A DNA stretch of 43,260 nucleotides from Candidatus Micrarchaeota archaeon (GTDB lineage: Archaea > Micrarchaeota > Micrarchaeia > Norongarragalinales > SBBD01): assembly GCA_043813365.1 (NCBI GenBank), contig JBDRLB010000045.1, forward strand, positions 1 through 43,260, in the 5' to 3' direction. Shown piece after piece: positions 27,217 to 37,653 of the stretch (positions are counted from its first letter, which is position 1; every line of letters starts with the position of its first letter). The notes beneath the pieces were generated by a model. It saw only the letters and a program-made list of their open reading frames with translations, made no database searches and was not told the DNA's origin. The translations under genes and the position numbers were made by a program.

Positions 27217-28206
27217 ATGGCAATAATTGAAACAAAGGGGCTAACAAGGAAATTTGGTAGCTTCACGGCAGTGGACGGGCTGTCGCTTGCCATAAATGAG
27301 GGTGAAATTTTCGGCCTGCTGGGACCGAATGGCGCCGGCAAAACCACGACAATTTCGATGCTTTGCACCATTTTGAAGCCCACAGCCGGCACCGGCAGGG
27401 TCAACGGCTTCGATATTGACAAGGAGCAGGATAATGTGAGGAAATCAATCGGGATAGTATTCCAGGACGGCAGCCTTGACGAGGAACTGACCGCAATGGA
27501 GAATTTGGAGATGCACGGCAGGCTTTATGGGCTCGACAATGCAAAGATAAAGGAGAGGTCGGCGGAAGTTCTGGAGATAGTCGAGCTCGCAGACCGCAGG
27601 AACGACGTGGTAAAAACATTTTCCGGGGGGATGAGGCGAAGGCTGGAGATTGGAAGGGGGCTGATGCATTTCCCGAAAGTGCTTTTCCTGGATGAGCCAA
27701 CCATAGGGCTTGATCCGCAGACAAGGGACCACATTTGGGAGTACATACTGAAACTGAAGAACGAGCAGGGAATTACAATAGTGCTTACCACCCACTACAT
27801 GGAGGAGGCGGAGAAGCTTTGCGACAGGATTGCCATTATAGACCATGCCAAAATCATTCTTTTGGGGACCCCTGGCGAACTGAAGGGAAAACTGGACGGC
27901 CAGATGGCAATTTCCATCGTGGTTGCAAAGGAACAGATTGATGTGATGATGAAATTGCTGGAAGGCCAGAAATTCATAAAGAAAATTTCCAAAACCCAGG
28001 ATGCGCTTAATCTTTCTGTTAATGACCAAAAGGGCGCCTTCCCGGCAATACTGGACCTCGCTAATAAAAACCACATAAAAATCGAGAGCATCGAGACGCA
28101 CCGGCCCTCGTTGAACGATGTGTTCATTCATTTCACCGGAAGGGATTTGAGGAAGGAATCTGCCGAGGGGATGTCTGCAATGATGAGGGCAAGGATGAGG
28201 AGATAA
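27217..28206 (+). CDS. ABC-2 type exporter ATP-binding protein (DrrA-like)
   Basis: GPNGAGKTT, FSGGMRRRLEI, LDEPTIGLDP, TTHYMEEA and the C-terminal PSLNDVFI. Start moved to ATG 27217. Confidence 0.95.
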   Translation: MAIIETKGLTRKFGSFTAVDGLSLAINEGEIFGLLGPNGAGKTTTISMLCTILKPTAGTGRVNGFDIDKEQDNVRKSIGIVFQDGSLDEELTAMENLEMHGRLYGLDNAKIKERSAEVLEIVELADRRNDVVKTFSGGMRRRLEIGRGLMHFPKVLFLDEPTIGLDPQTRDHIWEYILKLKNEQGITIVLTTHYMEEAEKLCDRIAIIDHAKIILLGTPGELKGKLDGQMAISIVVAKEQIDVMMKLLEGQKFIKKISKTQDALNLSVNDQKGAFPAILDLANKNHIKIESIETHRPSLNDVFIHFTGRDLRKESAEGMSAMMRARMRR

Positions 28207-28228
28207 TTACGGCGTTTTCACGGAAAAC

Positions 28229-29014
28229 ATGGGGTATGCTGAAAGGAAGATAAACATGGCATTCATGCACGAGCTGAACGGTATAAAAGCGATCTGGCTG
28301 CGCGAATTCATCAGGTTCCGGAGGCAGCGGTCGAGGATACTGACGTCCATCATCCAGCCTTTGCTCTGGCTGTTCCTTTTCGGCGCGGGCTTCAGCAGCA
28401 TCGCCAATGTGGGGAACGGCATAGACTACCAGGCATACCTGTTCCCGGGGATCATCGGCATCACAGTGCTGTTCACATCAATATTCTTCGGTGTTTCGAT
28501 CATCTGGGACAGGCAGTTCGGTTTCCTGAAGGAGATTATGGTGGCGCCGCTTTCAAGGATCTCGATATTTTTCGGCAAAGCGCTGGGAGGGACTACGACC
28601 TCCATGATTCAGGGAACGCTCATACTGCTGATCGGCCTTGCACTGAACCTGAACATGACTCCCGAACGAGTACTCCTCATATTGCCGGTAATGTTCCTTC
28701 TTTCCCTCACGATCGTAAGCTTGGGATTGATCATGGGCTCGATGATGGAAAGCTTCGAGGGGTTCAACCTCATCATGACGTTCATCAACATGCCGATGTT
28801 TTTCCTGAGCGGTGCGCTGTTTCCGGTTGATGATTTGCCTGCGTTCCTCAAGCCGTTGAGCATAGCCAACCCCATGACATATGCAGTTGATGCTTTTCGG
28901 GGCATCCTAATCGGAATAAACGCAACGGAGATTTGGATCGATGTGGCAATCCTTGCCGGATTTTGCATCCTGTTTTTGGGCGTAGGCGCGTACATTTTCA
29001 GCAGGAGGAAATAA
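28229..29014 (+). CDS. ABC-2 type exporter permease (DrrB-like)
   Basis: WDRQFGFLKEIMVAP, PMFFLSGALFP and NPMTYAVDA. Start could be ATG 28256. Confidence 0.93.
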   Translation: MGYAERKINMAFMHELNGIKAIWLREFIRFRRQRSRILTSIIQPLLWLFLFGAGFSSIANVGNGIDYQAYLFPGIIGITVLFTSIFFGVSIIWDRQFGFLKEIMVAPLSRISIFFGKALGGTTTSMIQGTLILLIGLALNLNMTPERVLLILPVMFLLSLTIVSLGLIMGSMMESFEGFNLIMTFINMPMFFLSGALFPVDDLPAFLKPLSIANPMTYAVDAFRGILIGINATEIWIDVAILAGFCILFLGVGAYIFSRRK

Positions 29015-29064
29015 AGAATTGGGGTGGAAGGGTTAGGAAGGAAAATTGGGGCGTAAATAAAACC

Positions 29065-29373
29065 ATGGCAACCGAATCGGGAATCAGGAAAGCGCTGAAG
29101 AACTGCATCGACCCTGAAATCTCAATAAACATTGTGGATTTGGGCCTAATTTACGATGTGAAAGTTGCTGGGGGAAAGGTGCACATCAAATTCTCGCTGA
29201 CATACCCCGGATGCCCGCTGGAGCCGCAGATACGGGAGCAGATGATGGCGGAAGTGGGGAAAGTGAAGGGAGTGAAGCAAATTGTTGCAGAGCTCGTGTG
29301 GGAGCCCGCATGGAGCGAAAAGATGATGACCGCCGACGGGAAGGAAATGATAAAATATTTGCGCGGATTTTGA
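29065..29373 (+). CDS. DUF59 / SufT-MIP18-like Fe-S assembly protein
   Basis: DPEISINIVDLGLIY...LTYPGCP...VWEPAWS signature. Start moved to ATG 29065. Confidence 0.92.
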   Translation: MATESGIRKALKNCIDPEISINIVDLGLIYDVKVAGGKVHIKFSLTYPGCPLEPQIREQMMAEVGKVKGVKQIVAELVWEPAWSEKMMTADGKEMIKYLRGF

Positions 29374-29386
29374 GAGGAAAAAAACC

Positions 29387-30988
29387 TCAAGCTGCCCCTT
29401 TGCATCTGTCAACAACAAATTTCCTATCCTGCACTTCAAGGAACGGAAGCAGTTTGGGCCCGCGCTCCTTCCCGATGAAGATCAGGTAGGCGGATTTGAA
29501 AAATTCCTGGATGGAAATGCCGTTCGCCTCGCAGATTTTCTTGATCTCCTCCTGCTGCTTGTCCGAGTCGGATTCGTTTCCAAAGAATGAGCCAAATTCC
29601 AGAAGGGAATTCTTTTGCTTTTCGGATAATTTTGAAAATTGCCCTTCGGCTTCCTTATCACTGAGAATATGGGCCTTGACATCCTCCGGCGCATGGAGGG
29701 AAATCCAGTTTTTGCATAATGCGAGGCGCGCTTTGGCCGATTCAATCTCCGCAGAGGTGTCAACATGGCCCATCCTCTTCAAAATGGAAATGCATTGCTC
29801 CGTTGCAAATAACTGAACCAGCTGGGCGCCGAAAGAATAGGAGATCCTGCGGGAGTATTCCGCAGGCTTGTTCTCAACGGACAACTCATACATTCTTCTG
29901 GTGTTTTCCTCGCGGTTCTCCGTGCGCTCCTGCTCCTTCCCAAAAAATACCTTTTCAGCTGCATCGTATTCATCCAGAAGCGCCCAGATCCTCGTGAGTT
30001 CCAGATCCCTTTGCTTTTCAGGGCGTTTTGCATAATAGAAAAGGAATGCGTCCGGCTCCATTATTTTCATCATGTCCTGTACGAGGTAAACATTGCCCTT
30101 GCTTGCAGACATCTTCTGCCCATTGACGAGGAAGAACTCGTACACGAACGGGATGGGCGGCTCGATCCCGTAAATGCGCTTCATTATCTCAATGCCGCTC
30201 TTCCAGCTGCCCTCATAATGATCCTTCCCGAAAGGCTCATAAGTGGTGTTAAAAATTCCCCAGAGCGCGGGCCATTCGAAACGCCATTGCAGCTTCCCTT
30301 CCTTCCAGTCAACTTCGCCCTTGAAGCCGCAGCCCTCGCTTTTTTTCTTCTTTATTTGCTTGCCGCCGCAGGTGAAATGCACCTTGCGCGTTTCCAAATC
30401 GAATGCGTCAATGTTCGCCAGCGTCTTGCATTTGGGGCAGATCGCATCGAATGGGATGTAGCTTTCGGATTTTGTCGCCTGGAATTCGGAGATGAGCTTG
30501 CCCGCTTCCGCTGATTTCTCAAAAACCTTCCTTATGTACGGCTCGAATTTTCCGCTTTCGTAAATATCATTCACGGAATAAAGTGTCGGGTGCATGCCCA
30601 GCAGGTTGACACCATCCATCCAGACCTTCGTGAAATGCTTGCTCCAGCTCTGGCAGCATTTGAACGGGTCCGGGACGATGAAAAGCGGCATCCCCAAATA
30701 AGGCGACATGTCCATCAGGTCCTTCGAGAAATGCCAGTTGCCCTCCAGGTCAGGAAGCTTCAGCGGAACGTCCTTTAGCGGGTCGCGGTCATCGGTTGTG
30801 TGCACGAAAGTGATTTCGCGGCCTTTCTCCTTCACAGCCTTGTACGGGAAGAACGCCCTCGCAACATCGTTCAGGTTGCCGATGTGCTTGCCTCCGGAGG
30901 GAGTTTGCTGGCACTTAACATTAGGCACAACCCCTTCCCTGTCAGCGCGTTCGATGATTTTTCCAGCCAGCTGGTCCGCCCAATGCAT
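29387..30988 (-). CDS. lysS: lysyl-tRNA synthetase, class I
   Basis: MHWADQ start, PSG.KHIGN, KLQWRFEWP, EPFGKDH, KMSASKGN and GKERGPKL. True start is ATG 30988. Confidence 0.96.
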   Translation of the reverse strand: MHWADQLAGKIIERADREGVVPNVKCQQTPSGGKHIGNLNDVARAFFPYKAVKEKGREITFVHTTDDRDPLKDVPLKLPDLEGNWHFSKDLMDMSPYLGMPLFIVPDPFKCCQSWSKHFTKVWMDGVNLLGMHPTLYSVNDIYESGKFEPYIRKVFEKSAEAGKLISEFQATKSESYIPFDAICPKCKTLANIDAFDLETRKVHFTCGGKQIKKKKSEGCGFKGEVDWKEGKLQWRFEWPALWGIFNTTYEPFGKDHYEGSWKSGIEIMKRIYGIEPPIPFVYEFFLVNGQKMSASKGNVYLVQDMMKIMEPDAFLFYYAKRPEKQRDLELTRIWALLDEYDAAEKVFFGKEQERTENREENTRRMYELSVENKPAEYSRRISYSFGAQLVQLFATEQCISILKRMGHVDTSAEIESAKARLALCKNWISLHAPEDVKAHILSDKEAEGQFSKLSEKQKNSLLEFGSFFGNESDSDKQQEEIKKICEANGISIQEFFKSAYLIFIGKERGPKLLPFLEVQDRKFVVDRCKGAA

Positions 30989-31059
30989 AATAATCCGGCT
31001 GTTATTAGGGGGGATAAAATAAAAAAGGTGAAAAATGGGGAGAAAACAGGAAAAAGCCG

Positions 31060-32277
31060 TTAAAAGGGTTTCCAATAGCATGAATCCCTGAGCTCCTTTG
31101 TGAGGGGGGTAATGGAGTTGAGCAGTTCTCCCTCCACCGTGCTGTTCTCCTGTATCGACATCTTGGGGTAAACTTTCGCACCGGAAAGATTGGAATGCTC
31201 GCCAATGCGGCATTCAAACCCCACCATTGAAAAATCAGTAACAGATGAGTTTTGGGAGATTGCAACCTTTCCATCAATTATTGAATTTTCAATAATGCAT
31301 TTATCCCCGATTCTGCAACCCTCGAAAAGGATGGAATTTGAGATTTGGGCGCTTACACCGATTTCGCAGCTTTTCATGAGATGCACGTAAGGCCCGATTT
31401 TCGCGTTTTCCTTGATCACGCAGCCCTCTTCGATCACAACCGGGTTGGTTATTTCTGCTGTTTTGGCGATTTTTGCAATCGGGGAGATTTTGGTGCCGTT
31501 CCTTGCTTGTTTTGAGAGCAGGTCAAAGGCCTTCCTATTGGTTTGCAGGTAATCCTCGCAGTTCCCGATATCGCCCCATATCCCTTGGAAGGGGTAGCCG
31601 GAAATGTGCAAATCTTTCACGAAATGTTCCCATAGGTCGCCTATCTTGTCCGCCTTTTCCCCTTTTTTCCTCTTCATTTCAGTGTATGCTGGAAGATGCT
31701 CATTCACGAATTTGGGGTGGAGCGCATATATAGCGGTGGATGCAAGCTTGGAAAGTGCCTCCTCGGGCTTCGGCTTTTCCTGGAAATGCGTTATCCGGCC
31801 GCCGCTGTCCGTTTTTGCAACCCCGAAAAGCTGCACCTCGGTAGCGCTCGCAAGCTCGAATAAGGCAATGCTCGCATGCGCCTTGCGCTGCCGGTGCGAT
31901 TCGGTGAAAGCCCTCATATCGAGCCCTACGATGAAATTATCCCCGCCGATGACAAGTGCGCCCTCCTCTGCGCCCACTTTGGCGAGCACGTAATTTATCG
32001 CGCCCACGGATCCCATCTTCCCTTCCTCATCCGTGAGGGGCTCGTAGATGTACCTGATCTTGACGCCGCTTTTTTTGCCATTCCCGAAGAAATGCTCTAT
32101 TTTCTCCTGGTTTTCCTTGAGGGAAATAATAATGTCCTTGATGCCTGCAGCAGCGAGAAGGTCGATCGTATACTGCAGGATGGGCTTGCCTGCAACAGGG
32201 AGGAGCGGCTTGGGAGTGCGGAGAGTGAGCGGATATAGGCGCGTGCCGTAGCCCCCAGCGAGAAGTATGGCTTTCAT
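31060..32277 (-). CDS. sugar-phosphate nucleotidyltransferase (NDP-sugar synthase) with hexapeptide-repeat C-terminus
   Basis: LAGGYGTRLYPLT...PKPLLPVAGKP, FQEKP and W.DIG, followed by a left-handed beta-helix. Confidence 0.93.
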   Translation of the reverse strand: MKAILLAGGYGTRLYPLTLRTPKPLLPVAGKPILQYTIDLLAAAGIKDIIISLKENQEKIEHFFGNGKKSGVKIRYIYEPLTDEEGKMGSVGAINYVLAKVGAEEGALVIGGDNFIVGLDMRAFTESHRQRKAHASIALFELASATEVQLFGVAKTDSGGRITHFQEKPKPEEALSKLASTAIYALHPKFVNEHLPAYTEMKRKKGEKADKIGDLWEHFVKDLHISGYPFQGIWGDIGNCEDYLQTNRKAFDLLSKQARNGTKISPIAKIAKTAEITNPVVIEEGCVIKENAKIGPYVHLMKSCEIGVSAQISNSILFEGCRIGDKCIIENSIIDGKVAISQNSSVTDFSMVGFECRIGEHSNLSGAKVYPKMSIQENSTVEGELLNSITPLTKELRDSCYWKPF

Positions 32278-32409
32278 ACGTACCAGCAGGAAAAACGGAT
32301 TTGAGGCTTAAAAACCCATCCGGATTATGAGGCAGGTGAAAAAAAGGCGGATCGACTCATGACACAATCAACCTCCGCTTCAAATGAAAAAACCTCATCG
32401 CCCGCCCAC

Positions 32410-33696
32410 TCAAATTATTCTGGAGATGAGGTAGCAGAAACCGGTTGCAAATAGCTTCAGTATCATGTTGGCGAGCGAAAGGACCGAGAATATCAGGAGA
32501 GCGACGAATATCTCGAACCGGTTCTTGAAATCGTTGAAGAACGGCATCTCGTCCAGCTTCTTCCGGATGGCCACCAAATCCTGATCGTTCAAGTCCGCTT
32601 CGGGCTTCTCCTCGATGAGCAATGCAAGCTCTTCCTTCAGCTCGGGCCATGCCTGCTTGAAGGGCGATGAGAGGATTTTCACTCCCTCGGGTGTCTTGAA
32701 GAACGCATACGTGTCGTCCCTAAGCTTCAGCTGCGAGGAAGAATCCAGGAGATCGTAAGTTTTGGGGATGACTCCGTCCGCATATTTCTTTTCTTCCGCA
32801 TTTGTGAACGCATTAATGTTGGCGGCCCTGAAATAAGCATACTGCGCCTTCACCAACGGCTTTACATCATCCGGCTTGAGGTATTTTGAGGGATCCGAAG
32901 AGATCTCGTCAAGTTTCGAATCCTCGATTTTGGTTTCCCTTATCGCATCCGCAAGGGAGCCCTGGAACTGCCCCTGCACCATCGGCGTCAGTTTTGCAAC
33001 GTTCGAGATGAAAAGCTCGTAATAGCTGTCGCGGTCGCCTGACACTTTTACTGCCGTGAACAGCACCGCCACAAGCGCCATGACGAGGAGCATCTGCCCG
33101 AGCCGCTTGTAAATCTCGCCCGTGGATAGGTTCGCCAATACCGTTCCGAAGAGCGACGTAAGCATAAGGCTGAATCCAAGATATACGTATGCAAGGAGGT
33201 ACCGGGAATCAACAAGGTAGCCTATTATCACGGGAATGATGATCAGCGTGGAGAATGCGAACGCATTGGTGGAGCGTATATTGAACCCGAAGAACATCGC
33301 AAATGCCATGGAAAGCGCGTAAAGGAGGAAGAAAAGGATGAATGCTATTGAGAAAATCTTATCGATGTTGTTGGAAACCCTCGAGAAATCGAATATGTCA
33401 TTGAATGAGAAGCCCGTTTTGGCGAACATTATGAATGAGAACGTGGAGAGAAGCAGAACGGCGATCAGGAAGGGCAGCTTGTTTTTAGCAGCCTTGTCAA
33501 GCTCGAAGCTGAAATTGACGCTTATTTTGGATATGCCCTTCTTGTTCAGGACTGATTTTTCAGGCGGAATTTCAGGGGCCGGCTCCTCCTTTGCCAGCTT
33601 GGAGATTATCTCCTTCTGCTTTGCCTTCTTATCCTCCTTTTCCTCCTTCCTGTCCTCTTTCTTGCCGTCCTTCTTATCGTCCGCCTTCTCGGCCAT
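32410..33696 (-). CDS. hypothetical multi-pass membrane protein
   Basis: K/D/E-rich N-terminus, about 6 TM segments, a large soluble loop and a C-terminal TM. No family recognised. Confidence 0.75.
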   Translation of the reverse strand: MAEKADDKKDGKKEDRKEEKEDKKAKQKEIISKLAKEEPAPEIPPEKSVLNKKGISKISVNFSFELDKAAKNKLPFLIAVLLLSTFSFIMFAKTGFSFNDIFDFSRVSNNIDKIFSIAFILFFLLYALSMAFAMFFGFNIRSTNAFAFSTLIIIPVIIGYLVDSRYLLAYVYLGFSLMLTSLFGTVLANLSTGEIYKRLGQMLLVMALVAVLFTAVKVSGDRDSYYELFISNVAKLTPMVQGQFQGSLADAIRETKIEDSKLDEISSDPSKYLKPDDVKPLVKAQYAYFRAANINAFTNAEEKKYADGVIPKTYDLLDSSSQLKLRDDTYAFFKTPEGVKILSSPFKQAWPELKEELALLIEEKPEADLNDQDLVAIRKKLDEMPFFNDFKNRFEIFVALLIFSVLSLANMILKLFATGFCYLISRII

Positions 33697-33766
33697 AAGT
33701 ATCATCCCCCTTCAAATCCCACATCGGAAATGAGTAATCAGAGGTGGTATATAAAGCTAATTAAAT

Positions 33767-35506
33767 CTAATCGGAATGCGCCTTATGTTTCCCTATTCTG
33801 TCCTCCACTTTCCCTATTTTTGTGGTTTTTTCCCTCAGCTCCTTGATTGTGATCCCCTCCAATTTACGGAACAGGATTTCGCTTTTCCCGATTTTATGCT
33901 CGTGCGGCAGCAATTTTGAAGCATCATCCCAATCGTATTGCTCCTTCAGATTTAGAATTTTCCTGATTTTACCAGCGGCTTCCGGAATGATGGGGGAGAG
34001 CATTACCCCAAGCGATTTGCAAATGTTTGCACACGTCCAAAGCACCGCTTCCTGCCTTTCCACTCTCTTCCAAGGCTCGTTGCTTTGGAGGTACTGGTTT
34101 CCTTTTGCAGAGAGCTCGAGAATAGTCTGGATGGCGGAAACTAAATCTATGTTGTCATACAGCTTGTCAACCTTCTCCACATATACTTTTATCTGCTTCA
34201 CCATTTCCTCGTCTTCGGCAGTGAAGTTGGCCGGTTTTTTTATTTCGCCAAAGTTCTTCGTTTCTATGAAACTCGTCACGCGGTTGAAAAAGTTGGAGAG
34301 GTTGCCCATCAATTCCGTATTGACACGGCTCTCAAATTCGCTCCATGTAAATTCTGTATCGCGGACCTCCGGAAGCTTTAATGCAAGGTAAAATCTCCAC
34401 ACATCAGCTGGAAGCGCGTCTCTCGCATCCTCGATGAAGGTTTCGCAGAATATGCCGTGCCCCTTGCTCTTGCTTATTTTCCCGCCCTCATAATTCAGGA
34501 ATTGGTAGCCGCTCACCTGGTAAGGAAGGTTGTAGTGGCCTTCGCCGATAAGCATTGCGGGGAAGAAAATGGTGTGGAAGGGGATGTTGTCCTTCCCGAT
34601 GAAATGGAATAATTTTGTTTTCTTGTCAATCCACCACTTCTTGAATTCGTACTCCTTGTTTTCTATGCCCTTGTCTTGCCCGATCCATTCCTTTGTTGAG
34701 GAAATGTAGCCGATGGGCGCATCGAACCACACGTAGAGCACCTTTTCCTCGTACCCTTTGACGGGGACTTTCACGCCCCACTTCAGATCGCGGGTAATTG
34801 CGCGTTTCTTCAGGCCTCCCTTGAGCCAGCCCATCGCAAGGTTTTTCACCTGCGGCTTCCAGTGGGAATTTTCCCTTATCCATTCCTCTAGTTTCGGCTG
34901 CAATTTGTCGAGATTAAGGAAGAGGTGGGTGGTTTCCTTGATTACGGGTGCGCTTTTGCAGAGTACGCAGTGGGGTTTGATCAGTTCTGAAGGGGTTAGC
35001 ATGGTGCCGCACTGCTCGCATTGGTCTCCCCTTGCTCCCTCGTGAGCGCAATGGGGGCATTTCCCTTCAACGAAGCGGTCAGCAAGGAAGCGCTTATCCT
35101 TTGCGCAATAGGGCATTTTCATCTTCTGCTGGGAAATGAATCCGTTTTTCTGCAATTCGAGGAAAAATTCCCTCGTAATCTCGTGATGGATCGGCCGGCT
35201 GGTGCGCGAGAAATTATCATAGGAAAGCTCAAACCAGTCGTAAATTTTCTTGTGTATCTCAAAAAAAGTATCGCATAATTCGGTTACTGGAATCCCAGCT
35301 TTCTCAGCAGCGATTTCGGAAGGGGAGCCGTGCTCATCCGTGCCTCCAATGAAAACCGTTTCCCTCCCCTTCAACCTGCAGTATCGCGCGAATATGTCCG
35401 CCGGTAGATGGGAGCCGACGATGTTCCCTATATGGGGCACATTGTTCACGTACGGCAATGCTGCTGTTATGAGGTAACGTTCCGGCATAAGCTCACTTAG
35501 GAGCAT
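33767..35506 (-). CDS. metG: methionyl-tRNA synthetase (no C-terminal tRNA-binding appendix)
   Basis: ITAALPYVN.VPHIGN, GTDEHG, Zn knuckles, YVWFDAPIGY, IGKDNIPFH and KISKS. Start may be 35488. Confidence 0.96.
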   Translation of the reverse strand: MLLSELMPERYLITAALPYVNNVPHIGNIVGSHLPADIFARYCRLKGRETVFIGGTDEHGSPSEIAAEKAGIPVTELCDTFFEIHKKIYDWFELSYDNFSRTSRPIHHEITREFFLELQKNGFISQQKMKMPYCAKDKRFLADRFVEGKCPHCAHEGARGDQCEQCGTMLTPSELIKPHCVLCKSAPVIKETTHLFLNLDKLQPKLEEWIRENSHWKPQVKNLAMGWLKGGLKKRAITRDLKWGVKVPVKGYEEKVLYVWFDAPIGYISSTKEWIGQDKGIENKEYEFKKWWIDKKTKLFHFIGKDNIPFHTIFFPAMLIGEGHYNLPYQVSGYQFLNYEGGKISKSKGHGIFCETFIEDARDALPADVWRFYLALKLPEVRDTEFTWSEFESRVNTELMGNLSNFFNRVTSFIETKNFGEIKKPANFTAEDEEMVKQIKVYVEKVDKLYDNIDLVSAIQTILELSAKGNQYLQSNEPWKRVERQEAVLWTCANICKSLGVMLSPIIPEAAGKIRKILNLKEQYDWDDASKLLPHEHKIGKSEILFRKLEGITIKELREKTTKIGKVEDRIGKHKAHSD

Positions 35507-35604
35507 AAATTAGGGAGAAGAAGCTCTAAAAAGGGCATCATTGGGGTGCGGGGGAAAGGAAATTATAATTAGGGAATGAAAAATAAAGGGAAAAAGGGGG
35601 GAAG

Positions 35605-36336
35605 CTACTTTCTGCTCTTGACCGGCTGAGCCTTCCCGAAAAGCGAATACCTCCTATCTATCCGGAGGAAGCCGGAGCCGAATTTGCTCTCCAGCCTTGC
35701 GAGAACCGCGTTGAACAGCACGAATGAGAGTGCAATGCCTACTGCAAATGCCGCCCTTTCATAAACCACAATCGGCATCAGTGCAGCCCAGAACCCTGCA
35801 GTTGTTGGGAAGGAGTACAGCCATACAACGCTGCCGATGGAATGCGCGGCGAATGTTGCACCCAGGGAGCGAGCGAGCAAGTTATCCTTGAAGAATAGCG
35901 CCGCGACTACCGGGATGAGCCAGAATAGCGAGAAATACCATGCCTCCCCGCCTACCGGATGAATTACGAAGAGGAGCATTGCCGCAACCGGTGCAAGCAA
36001 TGCGTAATTTCCCTTCAGCCCTCTCTTGGAGCCGAATGTTGCGAAATAGTATGCTGCAAAAAGCATGGGAGTAAGACGGAGGATGTTAATGGCGTCAAAT
36101 GCCTTGCCTAAATAGATGAAGCTGATGAGTTCCGCGAACAGCACGGAAATCACGCCGACAACAGGCCCGAGAATGCCTCCAGCAATTGGTCCGATGAATT
36201 GGAATGCGGTGAAATACTGGCTTGCAGCGCCCCATACTGCGGAGAATTTAATCTGATCCGCAATGAGCACCGCGAATGAGAAGATAGCAATGAATAGCGC
36301 GCCTTTCCCCGAGATCCATTTAGAGATATTTTCCAT
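35605..36336 (-). CDS. membrane protein, possible ECF-transporter S-component
   Basis: About 6-7 TM segments. FIGPIAGGILGPVVG resembles the G.L.GP..G motif of S-components. Confidence 0.55.
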   Translation of the reverse strand: MENISKWISGKGALFIAIFSFAVLIADQIKFSAVWGAASQYFTAFQFIGPIAGGILGPVVGVISVLFAELISFIYLGKAFDAINILRLTPMLFAAYYFATFGSKRGLKGNYALLAPVAAMLLFVIHPVGGEAWYFSLFWLIPVVAALFFKDNLLARSLGATFAAHSIGSVVWLYSFPTTAGFWAALMPIVVYERAAFAVGIALSFVLFNAVLARLESKFGSGFLRIDRRYSLFGKAQPVKSRK

Positions 36337-36462
36337 AACTTCGAGTGCACCTCTTAGAAAACCAAACCCACGGGAATAACTTGCGCCAGCGGATTTAAAT
36401 TGGTTTCGTTTAAAAGGAAAATGAAAAAGGGAAAATCCTTCCGGCGTTGGGATGCGCCTTGC

Positions 36463-37581
36463 CTATCTTATCAGCCTAATGATTTTTGTCTTCCCGGCAT
36501 TGGATTTGGGGTCGCTAGCGAGTTCGGCTGAGATCAGGCGGGCGGATTCGAACATCTGCAGGTAGTTCATTATGTGCCTCTCGGAAACCGGCTCCTTCCT
36601 TTCCTTCTTCCTAAGCTCATTGAATTTCTGGTAAATTTCGCCTGAAGTGAGGGATTTGCCCTTCTCCTTCGCATCCTTCAGAATTTGCAAGAGCATTTTT
36701 TCGTTCTCCCCCATCAAATCCACATTCTTCATAAGTGAAGACTCGGCAGCTTTTTCAATAACAGCCTTCACATCCGCAACCTCTATTCTGCTTTTTTCCT
36801 TGGAATCCGCCTTCATTGCCGCTTGGAGAAGCGTTTCAATTGCAATCCTGGCGTCGCCTTTGTTTTTCGCACCATGGGCGGCGCAGAGGGCGATAATTTC
36901 CGCTGAGTAAGTGCCCTGCTTGAGCGCGATTTTCGCTCGCTCTTCCAGAATGTCCTTAAGTTGCTGCGGCGAGTACTGCGGGAAGTGCATTTCCTTTAGT
37001 GAGAGCGAACTGCGGATGCGGTCATCCAACGAATAGAAAATCTCCGGCACGTTGGTTATGCCGATTATCCCGAAAACGATTTTATAGTTCTCATCTGAAC
37101 GCGAGAGCTGGTAGAGCACGTCGGTTTCATTTTTGTGAAGCAGCCGATCGACCTCATCCAATGCAATGATGGCGGATTTCTTGTCGTATTTGAGCTGCTC
37201 GATTATGCGGCGGAATATCTCATCATCCGCGAGCCCTCTCCTTGCAAGCCCCAAACCGATTTTTTCAGCTATGTATGAGAGTATCGCCTGCTTGGAGGGG
37301 AATTCCCAGCAGTTGATGTGGATGCAGTGCACCTTGCCGGAGAATTCCTTGAGCTCGTTGAAAACGTATTTTACGCTGGAGGTTTTGCCAGTTCCGGTTG
37401 GGCCGTGAATGAGGAGGTTTTGGGGCTTGAGGTGCTTTAGAGTTGGCTTGAGTGAATCCGCTATTTCCCGGATTTGATTGTCGCGGTGGAGCAGCGATGA
37501 AGGGACGTATTCGGGCATCAATGCCTGCTGGTTCCTGAAGATGCGGCTTTCCTCCATTGAAGGCGAGAATAATTTGTCCAT
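36463..37581 (-). CDS. cdc6: Cdc6/Orc1 replication initiator AAA+ ATPase
   Basis: L.PEYVP..L.HRD, Walker A GPTGTGKT, INCW, Walker B IALDEVD, F.QYS..QL.DIL.ER, GDARIAI and a C-terminal wHTH. Confidence 0.95.
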   Translation of the reverse strand: MDKLFSPSMEESRIFRNQQALMPEYVPSSLLHRDNQIREIADSLKPTLKHLKPQNLLIHGPTGTGKTSSVKYVFNELKEFSGKVHCIHINCWEFPSKQAILSYIAEKIGLGLARRGLADDEIFRRIIEQLKYDKKSAIIALDEVDRLLHKNETDVLYQLSRSDENYKIVFGIIGITNVPEIFYSLDDRIRSSLSLKEMHFPQYSPQQLKDILEERAKIALKQGTYSAEIIALCAAHGAKNKGDARIAIETLLQAAMKADSKEKSRIEVADVKAVIEKAAESSLMKNVDLMGENEKMLLQILKDAKEKGKSLTSGEIYQKFNELRKKERKEPVSERHIMNYLQMFESARLISAELASDPKSNAGKTKIIRLIR

Positions 37582-37653
37582 ATTACCGAATAGGTTACTG
37601 CTGCAAATTTATTAATGCCTTTTACCCACCCGAAATGACCCTGCGAAAATAAT

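Noticed and set aside
30989-31213. 75-aa N-terminal extension of LysRS in the ORF track
   Set aside because: It overlaps the nucleotidyltransferase gene and its T-rich downstream region. MHWAD at 30988 is the usual class I LysRS start.
36337-37653. Replication origin beside cdc6
   Set aside because: No ORB-like TCCA..GAAAC/G-string repeats are recognisable in either short flanking intergenic region.
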